In this document: piece by piece, positions 12,148 to 24,900 of the stretch
Numbering within the stretch: the stretch's first letter is position 1
How the letters are laid out: each line of letters starts with the position of its first letter
Origin: Aulosira sp. ZfuVER01
GTDB taxonomy: Bacteria > Cyanobacteriota > Cyanobacteriia > Cyanobacteriales > Nostocaceae
Assembly (NCBI GenBank): GCA_034530615.2
Contig: JAVRCV020000006.1
Coordinates: 32,001-96,000, forward strand
Length of the DNA: 64,000 nucleotides
Direction: 5' to 3'
Program-made: the position numbers and the translations under genes
The notes under the pieces: generated by a model
Databases searched by the model: none
What the model was told of the DNA's origin: nothing
What the model saw: the letters and a program-made list of their open reading frames with translations, nothing else

Positions 12148-13062
12148 AACCTCGATTCAATTCAGATTTTGTTTAGTAAATGCTTAATCAAAACTGCTTT
12201 CCGTTTTGCAAATGTTACCGATGCGTAGAGCGTTGTACTTTTGGCAAAGCTAGTCTTAACTTTTTAACTATACCATAACTAACTCTACTAAGTTTCTGAG
12301 TAATTCGGTTTTGTACGGTAATTACCACCACAAAACACTAATTACATCGAACACTCATCATAGACACCAAAAGTAAAAATTAGCCGTCTCTATAGATGCA
12401 TCAACAGCAAGGGCAAATACGACTAGTAAAACTGTATTTGTTTTCGTCAACGGAATATGTGCAGATTGCGAAAACCCATATAATTAGGGCTGTTGGGAAG
12501 TTTGGTGAGTTAACGGTTCAATTATTTACCGTATTTGAATCTTATATAGAATATCGCAAACATCTGAAACTAAACAATCTTCTTGCAAATCTTTATATAA
12601 ATTTTATATTGGCATGAACGAGGTATCATTTATGGCATTTAATTTATGTCTTAATCAGAGACAAAATATAGTGCTGTAGGTAGATGAAGATACAGAAAAT
12701 ATAACCTTATTACTTATCTAAAAATTACTTTATTCGTAAATTAATTTTCTTTAGGGTTTTTGATGCGATCGGGTAAGGTCATAACGGATACAAACTACTA
12801 AAGTAGCTTGGTCAGCTTGGCAAGGCACCGCCTTTATGCTTGCCCCTATGTATCAAAACCGATATTACCGCAGGCGATCGCCGCTGAAAATTGTGGGTGT
12901 TGTACTTGCATCCCATAACATCTCATCTAGCCTTCAGATTCAGCTTTTGAATTTTGTGTAAAATATTTCTCCAGAAGATGATAGTTTCTGTGAAGTAGTG
13001 GGTATCCTCATAACGGGAGGATAGCTATTAGCTAAGTATTTACCACAGCATCTACATAAAGT

Positions 13063-13467
13063 ATGGGTTCAAGTGAAGAATATTTCATTGTCCGCCGCAA
13101 GCAGATTGCGCGGCGACAAAAGATTTTAACAATAGTGTCAATCGTATCATTTTTAGGTTCCATCGCCTTTTCAGCGATTCCGGCGATACAACAGGCTATT
13201 AATGCACCTAAGGCAGTAGTTGCATCTCCAGAGAATTCATTAGAAAAACAGGCAAAAGGTTTTGAAACTGTTTTAGAACGCGAACCAAATAATTTGGTGG
13301 CGTTGGAAGGGTTGGTAAATGTGCGACTAAATTTGAAAGATATTCAGGGTGCAATTCAACCTTTAGAAAAGTTAGTGAAGTTACGCCCTGAACGAAAAGA
13401 GTACAAAGTTCTTTTAGAGAGTTTGAAAAAAGAACAAGGTAAGAGCGATTCCCCGACAAATAACTAG
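13063..13467 (+). CDS. Membrane-anchored TPR protein (first gene upstream of the pse operon)
   Basis: One TM segment ([16 protein letters not shown]) followed by TPR-like [15 protein letters not shown]...LEKLVKLRP. Confidence 0.75.
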   Translation: MGSSEEYFIVRRKQIARRQKILTIVSIVSFLGSIAFSAIPAIQQAINAPKAVVASPENSLEKQAKGFETVLEREPNNLVALEGLVNVRLNLKDIQGAIQPLEKLVKLRPERKEYKVLLESLKKEQGKSDSPTNN

Positions 13468-13522
13468 CCCAAGTCTAATTAATACTCTTTGGCAAAAATT
13501 TAATTCTGAGATTACTTAGTAA

Positions 13523-15677
<2,155 letters not shown>

Positions 15678-15681
<4 letters not shown>

Positions 15682-16427
15682 AAACTGTTGCAATTATTCA
15701 AGCTCGTATGGGGTCTACCCGTCTACCTGGAAAAGTGATGAAAGAGCTTTGTGGCAAAACTGTTTTGGCACATGTAATATTTCGGGTTCAAGCTTGTTTG
15801 TTAATTGATGAAGTGGTTGTGGCAACAACTACATCAAAAACAGATGATGTGATTGTTGTAGAAGCAGAAAAATGTAGAGTAAAGTGGTTTCGAGGAAGTG
15901 AAGAAGATGTTTTAGAGCGTTACTATTTCGCTGCTAAAAAATATAATGCTGATGTAGTGGTCAGAGTAACTTCTGACTGTCCGCTGTTTGACTCTGAAGT
16001 ACTTTCACAAATGTTGGTATACTTCAAACATCAAACATTTGAAGGCTTACAAATAGACTACCTCAGTAATTGCTTGCATCGCAGTTATCCCCGTGGTTTA
16101 GATGCAGAGGTTTTTACCTTTAATGTTTTAGAGAAAGCATTTAAAGAAGCACACAATCCATATGAAAGAGAACATGTTACACCTTATATCTACGAGCATC
16201 CCGAAATATTTGCTTTACATAACCATAGAAACGATGAAGATCTAACTAATTATCGGTGGACTTTGGATACCGAAGACGATTGGAAATTAATAGAAGCAAT
16301 CTATACAGATATATATCAGAATGAAGAAATTTTTACAACTGATGAAGTAATAGCTCTTTTAAGAGCAAAACCAGAATTGGTTAAACTCAATATTCATGTG
16401 AAGCAGAAACAACTTGGTTTTTGCTAG
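15678..16427 (+). CDS. SpsF-type cytidylyltransferase (probable CMP-pseudaminate synthetase)
   Basis: IQARMGSTRLPGKV, RGSEEDVLERY, RVTSDCP, REHVT and RWTLDT motifs; ATGA overlap with pseC. Confidence 0.8.
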
Positions 16428-16468
16428 AAAAAATTACTTAACACTTTATGCCTTAAGGAGAATTTACT

Positions 16469-17683
16469 ATGACTAAATACATTCAGTACTGCACTCATTG
16501 TGTTATGCCGGAAACTAAACCGGATTTATATATTGACGAGCAAGGAGTTTGTAGCGCCTGTCGCAATCTTGAAAAGCGGCAAGAAGTTAACTGGCCAGCA
16601 CGGAAAAAGGAATTGCTTGACATCTTAAAGCGTTACCGATCTAAGAACGGCAGTAATTATGACTGTATTATTCCTGTTAGTGGTGGTAAAGATAGCCACT
16701 TTCAAGTACTCAAAATCTTGGAAATGGGGATGAATCCTTTATGCGTTACAGCTACAACCGATAAACTGTCTGATATTGGAAGACGTAATATTGAAAATCT
16801 CAAAAACCTTGGTTTAGACTACATAGAAGTGACCACCAATCCCTTAGTGCGCAGCAAGATCAATCGTCTAGCGCTAACTGAAATTGGGGATATTTCTTGG
16901 CCAGAGCATGTAACTATATTTACTATACCTGTTAGATTAGCCGTACAACTCAACATACCATTAATTATTTGGGGAGAAAACCCACAGAATGAGTATGGTG
17001 GTCCTGCTGCTGCTGGAAACAACAATTCCTTGACCCGACGGTGGTTAGAAGAGTTTGGCGGACTGTTAGGACTGAGAGTTAGTGATTTAATAGGACAACA
17101 AGGGATTGAACCGCAACATCTAATTCAATATACCTATCCCTCTGACGAAGATTTACAAAGGGTTGGGGTAACAGGACTTTTCTTGGGTTACTATCTGCCT
17201 TGGGATGGTTATCAAAACGCCCTTTATGCGCAAGCTCACGGCTTTGAAACTTACCATAAGAGTATTGAAGGTTCCTTAGTGAACTACGAAAACTTAGACA
17301 ACTATCAGACGGGAATACACGACTACTTTAAGTTCCTCAAGTATGCTTTTGGGCGAGCTACAGACCTTGCTTGTTTGCACATCCGGCGTGGACGATTGGG
17401 AAGAGAAGAAGCTATCAAACTAGTGAAGATGCACGATGGCAAATTTCCTTGGGTTTATTTAGGTTACCCTTTAGAAGAGATTCTTAAAGAGATTGACATG
17501 ACCGTGGAAGAGTTTATTCAGGTCTGCGATCGCTTCACCAACAAAAAGCTATTTCTCTGTGATAACAGAGGCAACTTGGTAAAAGACAAACAGGGAAATC
17601 TTAGCAAAATTAACTACGACAATATCCTTCCTACTCAGGAATTAGACTGGCAGCTAACTGTAAATCACACCACAATCTCATAG
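16469..17683 (+). CDS. N-acetyl sugar amidotransferase (PseA/WbuX family)
   Basis: N-terminal CxxC..CxxC, PP-loop YDCIIPVSGGKDS, WGENPQNEYGG and HDYFKFLKYAFGRATD motifs. Confidence 0.88.
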   Translation: MTKYIQYCTHCVMPETKPDLYIDEQGVCSACRNLEKRQEVNWPARKKELLDILKRYRSKNGSNYDCIIPVSGGKDSHFQVLKILEMGMNPLCVTATTDKLSDIGRRNIENLKNLGLDYIEVTTNPLVRSKINRLALTEIGDISWPEHVTIFTIPVRLAVQLNIPLIIWGENPQNEYGGPAAAGNNNSLTRRWLEEFGGLLGLRVSDLIGQQGIEPQHLIQYTYPSDEDLQRVGVTGLFLGYYLPWDGYQNALYAQAHGFETYHKSIEGSLVNYENLDNYQTGIHDYFKFLKYAFGRATDLACLHIRRGRLGREEAIKLVKMHDGKFPWVYLGYPLEEILKEIDMTVEEFIQVCDRFTNKKLFLCDNRGNLVKDKQGNLSKINYDNILPTQELDWQLTVNHTTIS

Positions 17684-17690
17684 GATACGA

Positions 17691-18308
17691 ATGAAGAAAG
17701 TCGCGATTGTTGACTATGGTATGGGAAATGTGGATTCTGTCGCGCGTGCAGTTCAGCACTGCGGTGGTGAACCAATTATTACTTCCAAAACTGCTGATTT
17801 TGAAGTCGCAAATTACATCATTCTACCTGGAGTGGGCGCTTTTCAAACTGGTATGGAAAATATCTGTAGTCAGGGTTTAGAGGTAGTGTTACGAGAACAA
17901 GTCTTGGAACAAGGTGTTCCTTTTTTAGGGATTTGTTTGGGTATGCAACTGCTAGCTACTAAAGGTTGGGAAGGAGGAGAAACAGAAGGGCTGGGTTGGA
18001 TTGAAGGAGAAATAAAGCGACTTTTACCTGATAGCTCTGATATCCGTATTCCGCATGTGGGGTGGAATGAGGTTATCTTCAATCAACCTTCATCTGTATT
18101 TCAAAACATTCCCTCTGGCAAAGATTTCTACTTTGTTCACAGTTATCACTTCTCATGCCATCATCCTCAAGACGAAATTGCTCATACACCCTATTGTGGG
18201 GGCTTCGTCTCCGTAGTTGGTAGAAATAACATTTTGGGTGTCCAGTTTCATCCAGAAAAAAGCCAACGGCTGGGATTACAAGTTATGAAAAATTTTCTCT
18301 CTCTTTAG
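17691..18308 (+). CDS. HisH-like glutamine amidotransferase (WbuY-type paralogue)
   Basis: DYGMGN, LPGVGAF, GICLGMQ, PHVGWN, YFVHSY and QFHPEKS motifs; sugar-operon context. Confidence 0.9.
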   Translation: MKKVAIVDYGMGNVDSVARAVQHCGGEPIITSKTADFEVANYIILPGVGAFQTGMENICSQGLEVVLREQVLEQGVPFLGICLGMQLLATKGWEGGETEGLGWIEGEIKRLLPDSSDIRIPHVGWNEVIFNQPSSVFQNIPSGKDFYFVHSYHFSCHHPQDEIAHTPYCGGFVSVVGRNNILGVQFHPEKSQRLGLQVMKNFLSL

Positions 18309-18316
18309 TAGGCGCT

Positions 18317-19075
18317 ATGTTGAAAGTCCGTGTCATGCCAACTTTGTTATTTAAAAACTTCGGCTTAGTTAAAGGTGTCCAATTTAACAGTTGGCGGCGG
18401 GTTGGTAGCGCCATGCAAGCCGTTAAAGTCTACAATATGCGCGAAGTCGATGAGTTAATTTTCTTGGATATTAGTGCTAGTAGTGAGGGGCGTTCCCCTG
18501 ACTTTGAAACCGTCGATGAGCTTGCAGATGAGTGCTATATGCCTTTAACTGTAGGCGGCGGCGTACAAACAGTTGCAGATGTAAAGCGATTGTTGCAGGT
18601 TGGTGCTGATAAAGTAGCTATCAACACTGCTGCTGTATTTACACCAGAACTAGTTAAATCAGCAGCCCAGCTATTTGGCTCTCAATGTATAGTGGTTTCA
18701 ATTGATACCAAAAAGCTCCACAGTGGAAACTATGAAGTATTTACTCATAGTGGAACGCAGCCTACGGGGAAAGACCCTGTAACATTTGCTCAGGAAGTTG
18801 AGCAATTAGGTGCAGGTGAAATATTACTAACATCTATTGACGCTGATGGCACAATGACAGGTTACGATATCGAACTCATCAGAAGAGTCAGCCTAAAGGT
18901 TTCGATTCCTGTAATTGCATCTGGGGGGGCTGGAAATTACGAACATATGGCTTCGGCATTAATTGAAGGAGGAGCATCTGCGATCGCAGCAGCTAGTATA
19001 TTTCACTTTACTGAGCAAACTCCTTTGCAGGCCAAGCGTTTTCTCAAAGAACGCGGTATAAATGTACGGCAATAA
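18317..19075 (+). CDS. HisF-like cyclase-fold subunit (WbuZ-type paralogue)
   Basis: VKGVQF, DELIFLDI, VGGG, GADKV, TSIDADGT and ASGGAG motifs; the N-terminal PTLL lacks the HisF PCLD aspartate. Confidence 0.88.
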   Translation: MLKVRVMPTLLFKNFGLVKGVQFNSWRRVGSAMQAVKVYNMREVDELIFLDISASSEGRSPDFETVDELADECYMPLTVGGGVQTVADVKRLLQVGADKVAINTAAVFTPELVKSAAQLFGSQCIVVSIDTKKLHSGNYEVFTHSGTQPTGKDPVTFAQEVEQLGAGEILLTSIDADGTMTGYDIELIRRVSLKVSIPVIASGGAGNYEHMASALIEGGASAIAAASIFHFTEQTPLQAKRFLKERGINVRQ

Positions 19076-19186
19076 CTCAGAAGTGACTTATTAATTTCAA
19101 AATTTAATTTCTAGCTTGATTTCGAGTAGTCAAGGAATTTCAGTTACTGAGACCGACTCTAAAAGAGGAGAGGATAAATCACTCCA

Positions 19187-20677
19187 GTGAAAGTAATCAT
19201 TCGTACAGATGCTTCTAGTGAAATTGGGACAGGTCACTTAATGCGCTGTCTTGCTTTGGCTCATGTATGGCAAGGAATAGTAGGAGAAGCTATTTTTGTT
19301 ATGGCTACTGACGCTGCGACTTTAGAGGCACGGTTAAAATCAGAAAATCTGAAAATATTTCATCTACCAATGTATTTGCATAGCTCTGAGGATGCAAGAG
19401 AAACCGCTCGTCTTGCACAGCAGCTTGATGCTATGTGGGTTGTAGTTGATAGCTACTACTTTGGCTCTGAATACCAACAAATAATTAAAAATTCTGGGCT
19501 AAATCTTTTATTTATTGATGATTATGGACACGCAGATCGCTACTATGCAGATCTAGTTTTGAATCAGAACATCTCTGCCAATAAAAAATTGTACTCAAAA
19601 CGCGAGCTTTACACTCAGATATTACTCGGAACTGATTATGTATTGTTGCGACGGGAGTTTTTGCAATGGCAAGGATGGCAACGCTCTCACCCACATGTAG
19701 CCAGCAAATTACTGATCACAATGGGAGGTGCCGATCCTGATAATGTCACCCTGAAGATTATTAAAGCCTTAAATATGCTGGAGAGCGATGGAATGGAAGC
19801 AGTAGTTATAGTAGGAGGAAGTAATCCTCACTATGAACAATTGCTATTAGCATCAAAGAATTCGCTATTTCCTATTCGTCTAGAAAAGAATGTGACAAAT
19901 ATGCCTGAGTTGATGGCTTGGGCTGATGTGGCAATAACAGCAGGTGGTAGTACCTGTTGGGAACTAGCTTTTATGGGCTTGCCTAGCCTAATAGTGACTC
20001 TGGCTGAAAATCAAAGAGCGATCGCACAAAAATTAGATGAGATGGGGATATCTATCTATCTAGGTTGGCATGATGATGTTTCTCCTGCTGAAATAGGGTC
20101 GGCAGTTACTGATTTACTAATAGCTAAACATACACAAGTCGAAATGACTAAACGCGGACAAAAGTTAATAGATGGCGAAGGAAGTAAGCGGGTATTGAGT
20201 TATCTAGAAGCGAAGTTATTAAAATTACGCTGTGCTTGCCAAGAAGATGGTCGGTTGTTGTGGGAATGGGCAAATGACCCAGACGTAAGGGCTGTTTCCT
20301 TTTCTATAGAACCTATACCTTGGGAAGAGCATTTTCAATGGTTCCAATCACGACTGCACTCTCCGAATTGTATTTTCTACATTGGTGTTAATAGAAATAA
20401 TATACCTATTGGTCAAATTCGCTATGACATAGAAGGATATGAAGCCATTATTTCTATAAGTATCGATAGAAAGTTTCGTTATCAAGGTTATGGCTGTAAC
20501 CTGATTAATTTAGGATGCAAAAAAATATTTTCTGATTCTAACGTTAATATAATTCATGCCTATATAAAATCTCATAATCAAGTATCAATTAAAACTTTTT
20601 ACAAAGCAGGTTTTAAAAATATGGGAAAAACTAAATTAGGAAAACATGAGGCAGTTCATTTAGTCAGAAACAAATAA
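19187..20677 (+). CDS. pseG: PseG UDP-sugar hydrolase fused to a C-terminal PseH-like GNAT N-acetyltransferase
   Basis: RTDASSEIGTGHLMRCLALA, VVVDSY, IDD, MGGAD and AGGSTCWE (PseG), then LWEWANDPDVR...GQIRYD...N..SIKTFYKAGF (GNAT). Confidence 0.85.
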   Translation: MKVIIRTDASSEIGTGHLMRCLALAHVWQGIVGEAIFVMATDAATLEARLKSENLKIFHLPMYLHSSEDARETARLAQQLDAMWVVVDSYYFGSEYQQIIKNSGLNLLFIDDYGHADRYYADLVLNQNISANKKLYSKRELYTQILLGTDYVLLRREFLQWQGWQRSHPHVASKLLITMGGADPDNVTLKIIKALNMLESDGMEAVVIVGGSNPHYEQLLLASKNSLFPIRLEKNVTNMPELMAWADVAITAGGSTCWELAFMGLPSLIVTLAENQRAIAQKLDEMGISIYLGWHDDVSPAEIGSAVTDLLIAKHTQVEMTKRGQKLIDGEGSKRVLSYLEAKLLKLRCACQEDGRLLWEWANDPDVRAVSFSIEPIPWEEHFQWFQSRLHSPNCIFYIGVNRNNIPIGQIRYDIEGYEAIISISIDRKFRYQGYGCNLINLGCKKIFSDSNVNIIHAYIKSHNQVSIKTFYKAGFKNMGKTKLGKHEAVHLVRNK

Positions 20678-20697
20678 AACCCCTGTGAAAAAATTAA

Positions 20698-21753
20698 ATG
20701 ATAGAAATTAAGATTGCAGGTAAAAAAATAGGTGCTAACCATCTACCGTTTGTGGTTGCTGAAATGTCTGGCAATCACAACCAATCATTAGAAGTAGCTC
20801 TAGAAATAGTTGATGCAGTAGCCAAGGCTGGGGCACACGCTCTCAAACTCCAGACCTATACAGCAGATACTATGACCTTGGATATCCATGAGGGTGATTT
20901 TTATATTGATACGCCCAATAGTCTTTGGCATGGTAAATCGTTGTATCAGCTTTACCAACAGGCTTATACTCCTTGGGAATGGCATAAACCGATTTTTGAC
21001 CGTTGCAAGGAACGAGGAATCATCTGCTTTAGTACTCCTTTTGATGCTACGGCTGTAGATTTTCTGGAATCCTTAGAGGTACCTTGCTATAAAATTGCCT
21101 CTTTTGAAAATACTGATTTACCTCTAATCCGTAAAATTGCTAGCACTGGTAAACCGATGATTATCTCTACTGGTATGGCGACAGTTTCGGAGTTAGACGA
21201 AACAGTGCAGACAGCGCGCGAATCGGGTTGCCAGGATTTGATACTACTCAAATGCACAAGTACTTATCCAGCGACGCCAAAGGATAGCAACTTGTTGACT
21301 ATTCCTCATCTGCGTAATTTGTTCAATGTACAGGTAGGGTTATCAGATCACTCAATGGGGATTGGTGTTGCTGTTGCGAGTGTTGCTTTAGGGGCGACAT
21401 TTATTGAGAAACACTTTACTCTCCGTCGGGCTGATGGTGGTGTTGATTCCACTTTTTCAATGGAACCAGAAGAAATGCAGCAACTGGTTCTGGAAACTGA
21501 AAGAGCTTGGCAAGCACTGGGTAATATAAATTACGGCACGACAGAAGCGGAGAAAGCATCATTAAACTTTCGGCGATCGCTCTATATTTCACAAGATATA
21601 AAAGCCGGGGATGTTTTGACACCGGAAAATTTGAGAGCGATACGTCCAGGATTTGGCTTACCACCTAAATATTATCAAATTTTATTAGGCAAAAAGGTTA
21701 CCAAAAACTTGAAAAGAGGCACTCCTTTAGACTGGAAACTTCTCCTAGAGTAA
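20698..21753 (+). CDS. pseI: Pseudaminic acid synthase PseI
   Basis: AEMSGNHNQSL, KLQTYTADT, TPWEWH, KIASFE, LKCTSTYP, SDHS, EKHFTL and C-terminal RRSLY/SAF domain. Confidence 0.93.
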   Translation: MIEIKIAGKKIGANHLPFVVAEMSGNHNQSLEVALEIVDAVAKAGAHALKLQTYTADTMTLDIHEGDFYIDTPNSLWHGKSLYQLYQQAYTPWEWHKPIFDRCKERGIICFSTPFDATAVDFLESLEVPCYKIASFENTDLPLIRKIASTGKPMIISTGMATVSELDETVQTARESGCQDLILLKCTSTYPATPKDSNLLTIPHLRNLFNVQVGLSDHSMGIGVAVASVALGATFIEKHFTLRRADGGVDSTFSMEPEEMQQLVLETERAWQALGNINYGTTEAEKASLNFRRSLYISQDIKAGDVLTPENLRAIRPGFGLPPKYYQILLGKKVTKNLKRGTPLDWKLLLE

Positions 21754-21998
21754 TTGAGTAAAGATTACTTTTAGTTTTATTTAAAAAATATACGTAAATT
21801 ATAGAGGTGACATTATGGCAATATGCAATTGAAAGTTTTCCTTACACATACCAGAGATTTTTACTGTCTCAGTAAATCAGACCCAGAACTTAACACAAGG
21901 AATAAGCTATTTACTAAATAGAATTCCTTTACTTAGCTAGCTAATAGAGCCAATATTTATTGTCCGTTATTGAAAATTGTAAACAAAGGATTAGAGCA

Positions 21999-24900
21999 AT
22001 GACTGAACTTAAAAAAATCATGTTTTTCGCGCCATATGCATGGTGGTCAGTTCACAGTCAAGTCGATGCAGTGGTTGCTTCAGCATTAAGGTTGCGGAAT
22101 TGTGAGATTTTTGTAGTTGGTTGTGATGGAGTATATAAAAATTGCAATGTTGCACATTTCGCAACTCAGGTTGGTTACGAATATGCTGATGCTTGTCAAG
22201 CTTGTTCACAAACTAGTAAACAGCTTTTGGCCTCATCTTTTAATTTACCTTATCTACAGTTGCGTGATTGGATTAGTGACAAGGACTACAACATTGCTAA
22301 TCAATGGGTAGAAAATCTTGTTCTCCAAGATTATAAAAATGCTGTCTATTTTGACTTACCGATTGGTAAATGGGTGACCTCATCTATTTGTACATATTTT
22401 AGAATATCTTCTGATATAGAACTATCTAGACCAGAGGTTAGAAAAGTTCATAAACAATATTTAATTGATGGTTTAATAACTTATAAGGCAATTTCCAGAT
22501 TAATAGATACTTATAATCCTACCAATCTATTTTTATTCAATGCTCGCTTTGCACCTTACAGTGTAGCATTTGAGGTGGCAAAGCAGCATCAAATTGATGT
22601 GATCGCTCACGAAAGAGGATTTATTGCTGATAGTTTTGGTTTCTTTGATAATTCTAATTGTTTAAGCCCTAAGACCCCACTTGATTGTGTGAAAAGTTGG
22701 AAAGATATTCCTCTAAATAAGCAAGAAATTTCCCAAGTAAAAAAATATTTTATTGGGCGAGAAAATGGTCAGAATCTTAGTTGGCCTTCTTTTTATGATT
22801 TCCATTCAAATCATACGAATGTTCGGCACCAATTGAGAATTCCAGTAGACGCAAAAGTAGTTACTGTTTTCACATCAAGCGAAGATGAACATGCAATGTC
22901 TGAAGATTATAAAGTTATGACAAAGCAACTAGATATAATTGAAAGCTTGATGGAAATATTTAGGGATAGAGATGAATATTTAGTAATTCGCCATCATCCC
23001 TTTATCACAGGTGCAGGGAGTAAGACATTCCTACAAGCTATAGCATATGATTTTTTGTCAAAAGCTTATCAGCAAGTACTTTCTGCTCCTAAAAATGTGC
23101 GGATTATTATGCCCTCTGAGCAGTTAACTTCATATGCTCTTTTATGGCATTCTGATGCAGCGATCGCTTTTTTCAGCACTGTAGCACTTGAAGCAGCAGC
23201 TAGAGGTGTACCAACAGCAACATTTGAACAATCTCCATATCGGGAAGCAGTAAAACATACTTTTCAACAAATCAGTCAAGAATCTTTGGGAGAATTAGTC
23301 GAGAGACTACTTTCTGCATCTTGTCAAGCAACTGTCGAGGACTTGATCAAGTTGTATCGCTTCACTGATGCTTATTTCTTTAAATTTTCTACTAAGTTTC
23401 GCTCAATTGGTATTAAAGACTATCATCTTCCAGATTTCAAGATTAAATCTTTAGATGATTTGAAGCCTGGTATTGATCCAGCTTTAGATAGAATTTGCAA
23501 CAGAATTATACATAACACTTCTATCTACGATATCCCAACCGATGAGCGTAAAAATAACCCAAATTTTGAGGAGTTGAATTTCTTTAACAACGAGTTGCAG
23601 GAGATAGAAGAATATCGTCAAAAAATTAAGTCTCAAGCTTTAGAGAGTAACTATCTCTCTGCCAAACCTTCAGTAGCTATCATTAGTCTAAATTATATAA
23701 ACGTTCCACAGACTGACAAGCAGCTTTTACCTGCATGGAAAAATCAATCTCGGCATCAAAATCTGATTGTTTATGATTGCCATAATTTAGATTGGTATGA
23801 CTACCAAGGCATTATAGACTCAATTATTAATTGTATTTCCCTGATTGAAGAAGAATATATTCTGATTACGAATGATTATATTCAGTATGACGAATCTTTC
23901 ATCTCATCGGCTTTAGATATTCTTTTGGCAGCAGATCACAAAGAAACTGCCGGAGTTATATTTGGAGCTTGGATTGCATCTTCTAGTAGAATTAATCAAG
24001 AAATTTTTACAGAACGTGTACCTGCAAAAAGCTATCTAGAGGCTATAGAAGTTTTACCCTTACTCCAATTTCCTCAAAATCTGCTTTCTTTTGGACTAAT
24101 ACATAAAGATTTCTTGTTAAGGTTATTAACATCTGTTAAGTCAGCATCTAGTCACAATCCAGCTGGTGTAACGATCTTTAATGGTCTCCAACAGCCAGAG
24201 ATACAAAGAGTAGAGTTACCAATGTTAATTATTGAGGAATTAAATACTCATTTACATCAAGATAGGTTGCTAGAAGCAAATCAAATTCCTCAATTAAATA
24301 CTTTGGCATCAGCACAATCAGATACTTATCCTTCAAAGAATCTCAATCAACATATCCTACTATACACAGACGATTTTAGTATTTATGGCGTTGGTCAATA
24401 CAACCACTCTATTATTTGTGAATTAGCAAAATTAGGTTATCAAGTAACTTGTGTACAAACCCACACATCTAATCATCTCATTCAAGAACAACAAAAGTTA
24501 GGTATTCAGCATTTATGGCTAAATTATAATAGCATTCATGAGTTTTCAAGAACACTGTTGGATATATCAGATGCTCAAGAAATATTTCCTAAAATTAAAC
24601 CTGACCTGATTATTTTTAGTGATTGTTGTCCGTTATCCAATTTAGCTGCTAAAAAAGTGGCTAAACAGATGGGAATACCATATATTATTGTCGATGGATG
24701 TGCTGTTCCCTATTTAGCAGAGCGATTTGCCTCATACTTGGAAGAATTAGAGCAAATTCATACTCAAGCGGGAGCATTCATTACTGTCTCAAATGAAAAT
24801 TTGAATTTGTTACACCAGCTATTTAGGCTTCCAAAACACAAAGGACAAGTAATTTATAGCGGACGACCAGAACATTATTTTGCCCCTCCTAAACTATCTA

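Noticed and set aside
17691..19075. Histidine biosynthesis hisH/hisF
   Set aside because: Embedded in a sugar operon next to an amidotransferase, and the HisF copy lacks the N-terminal catalytic Asp motif; treated as paralogues.
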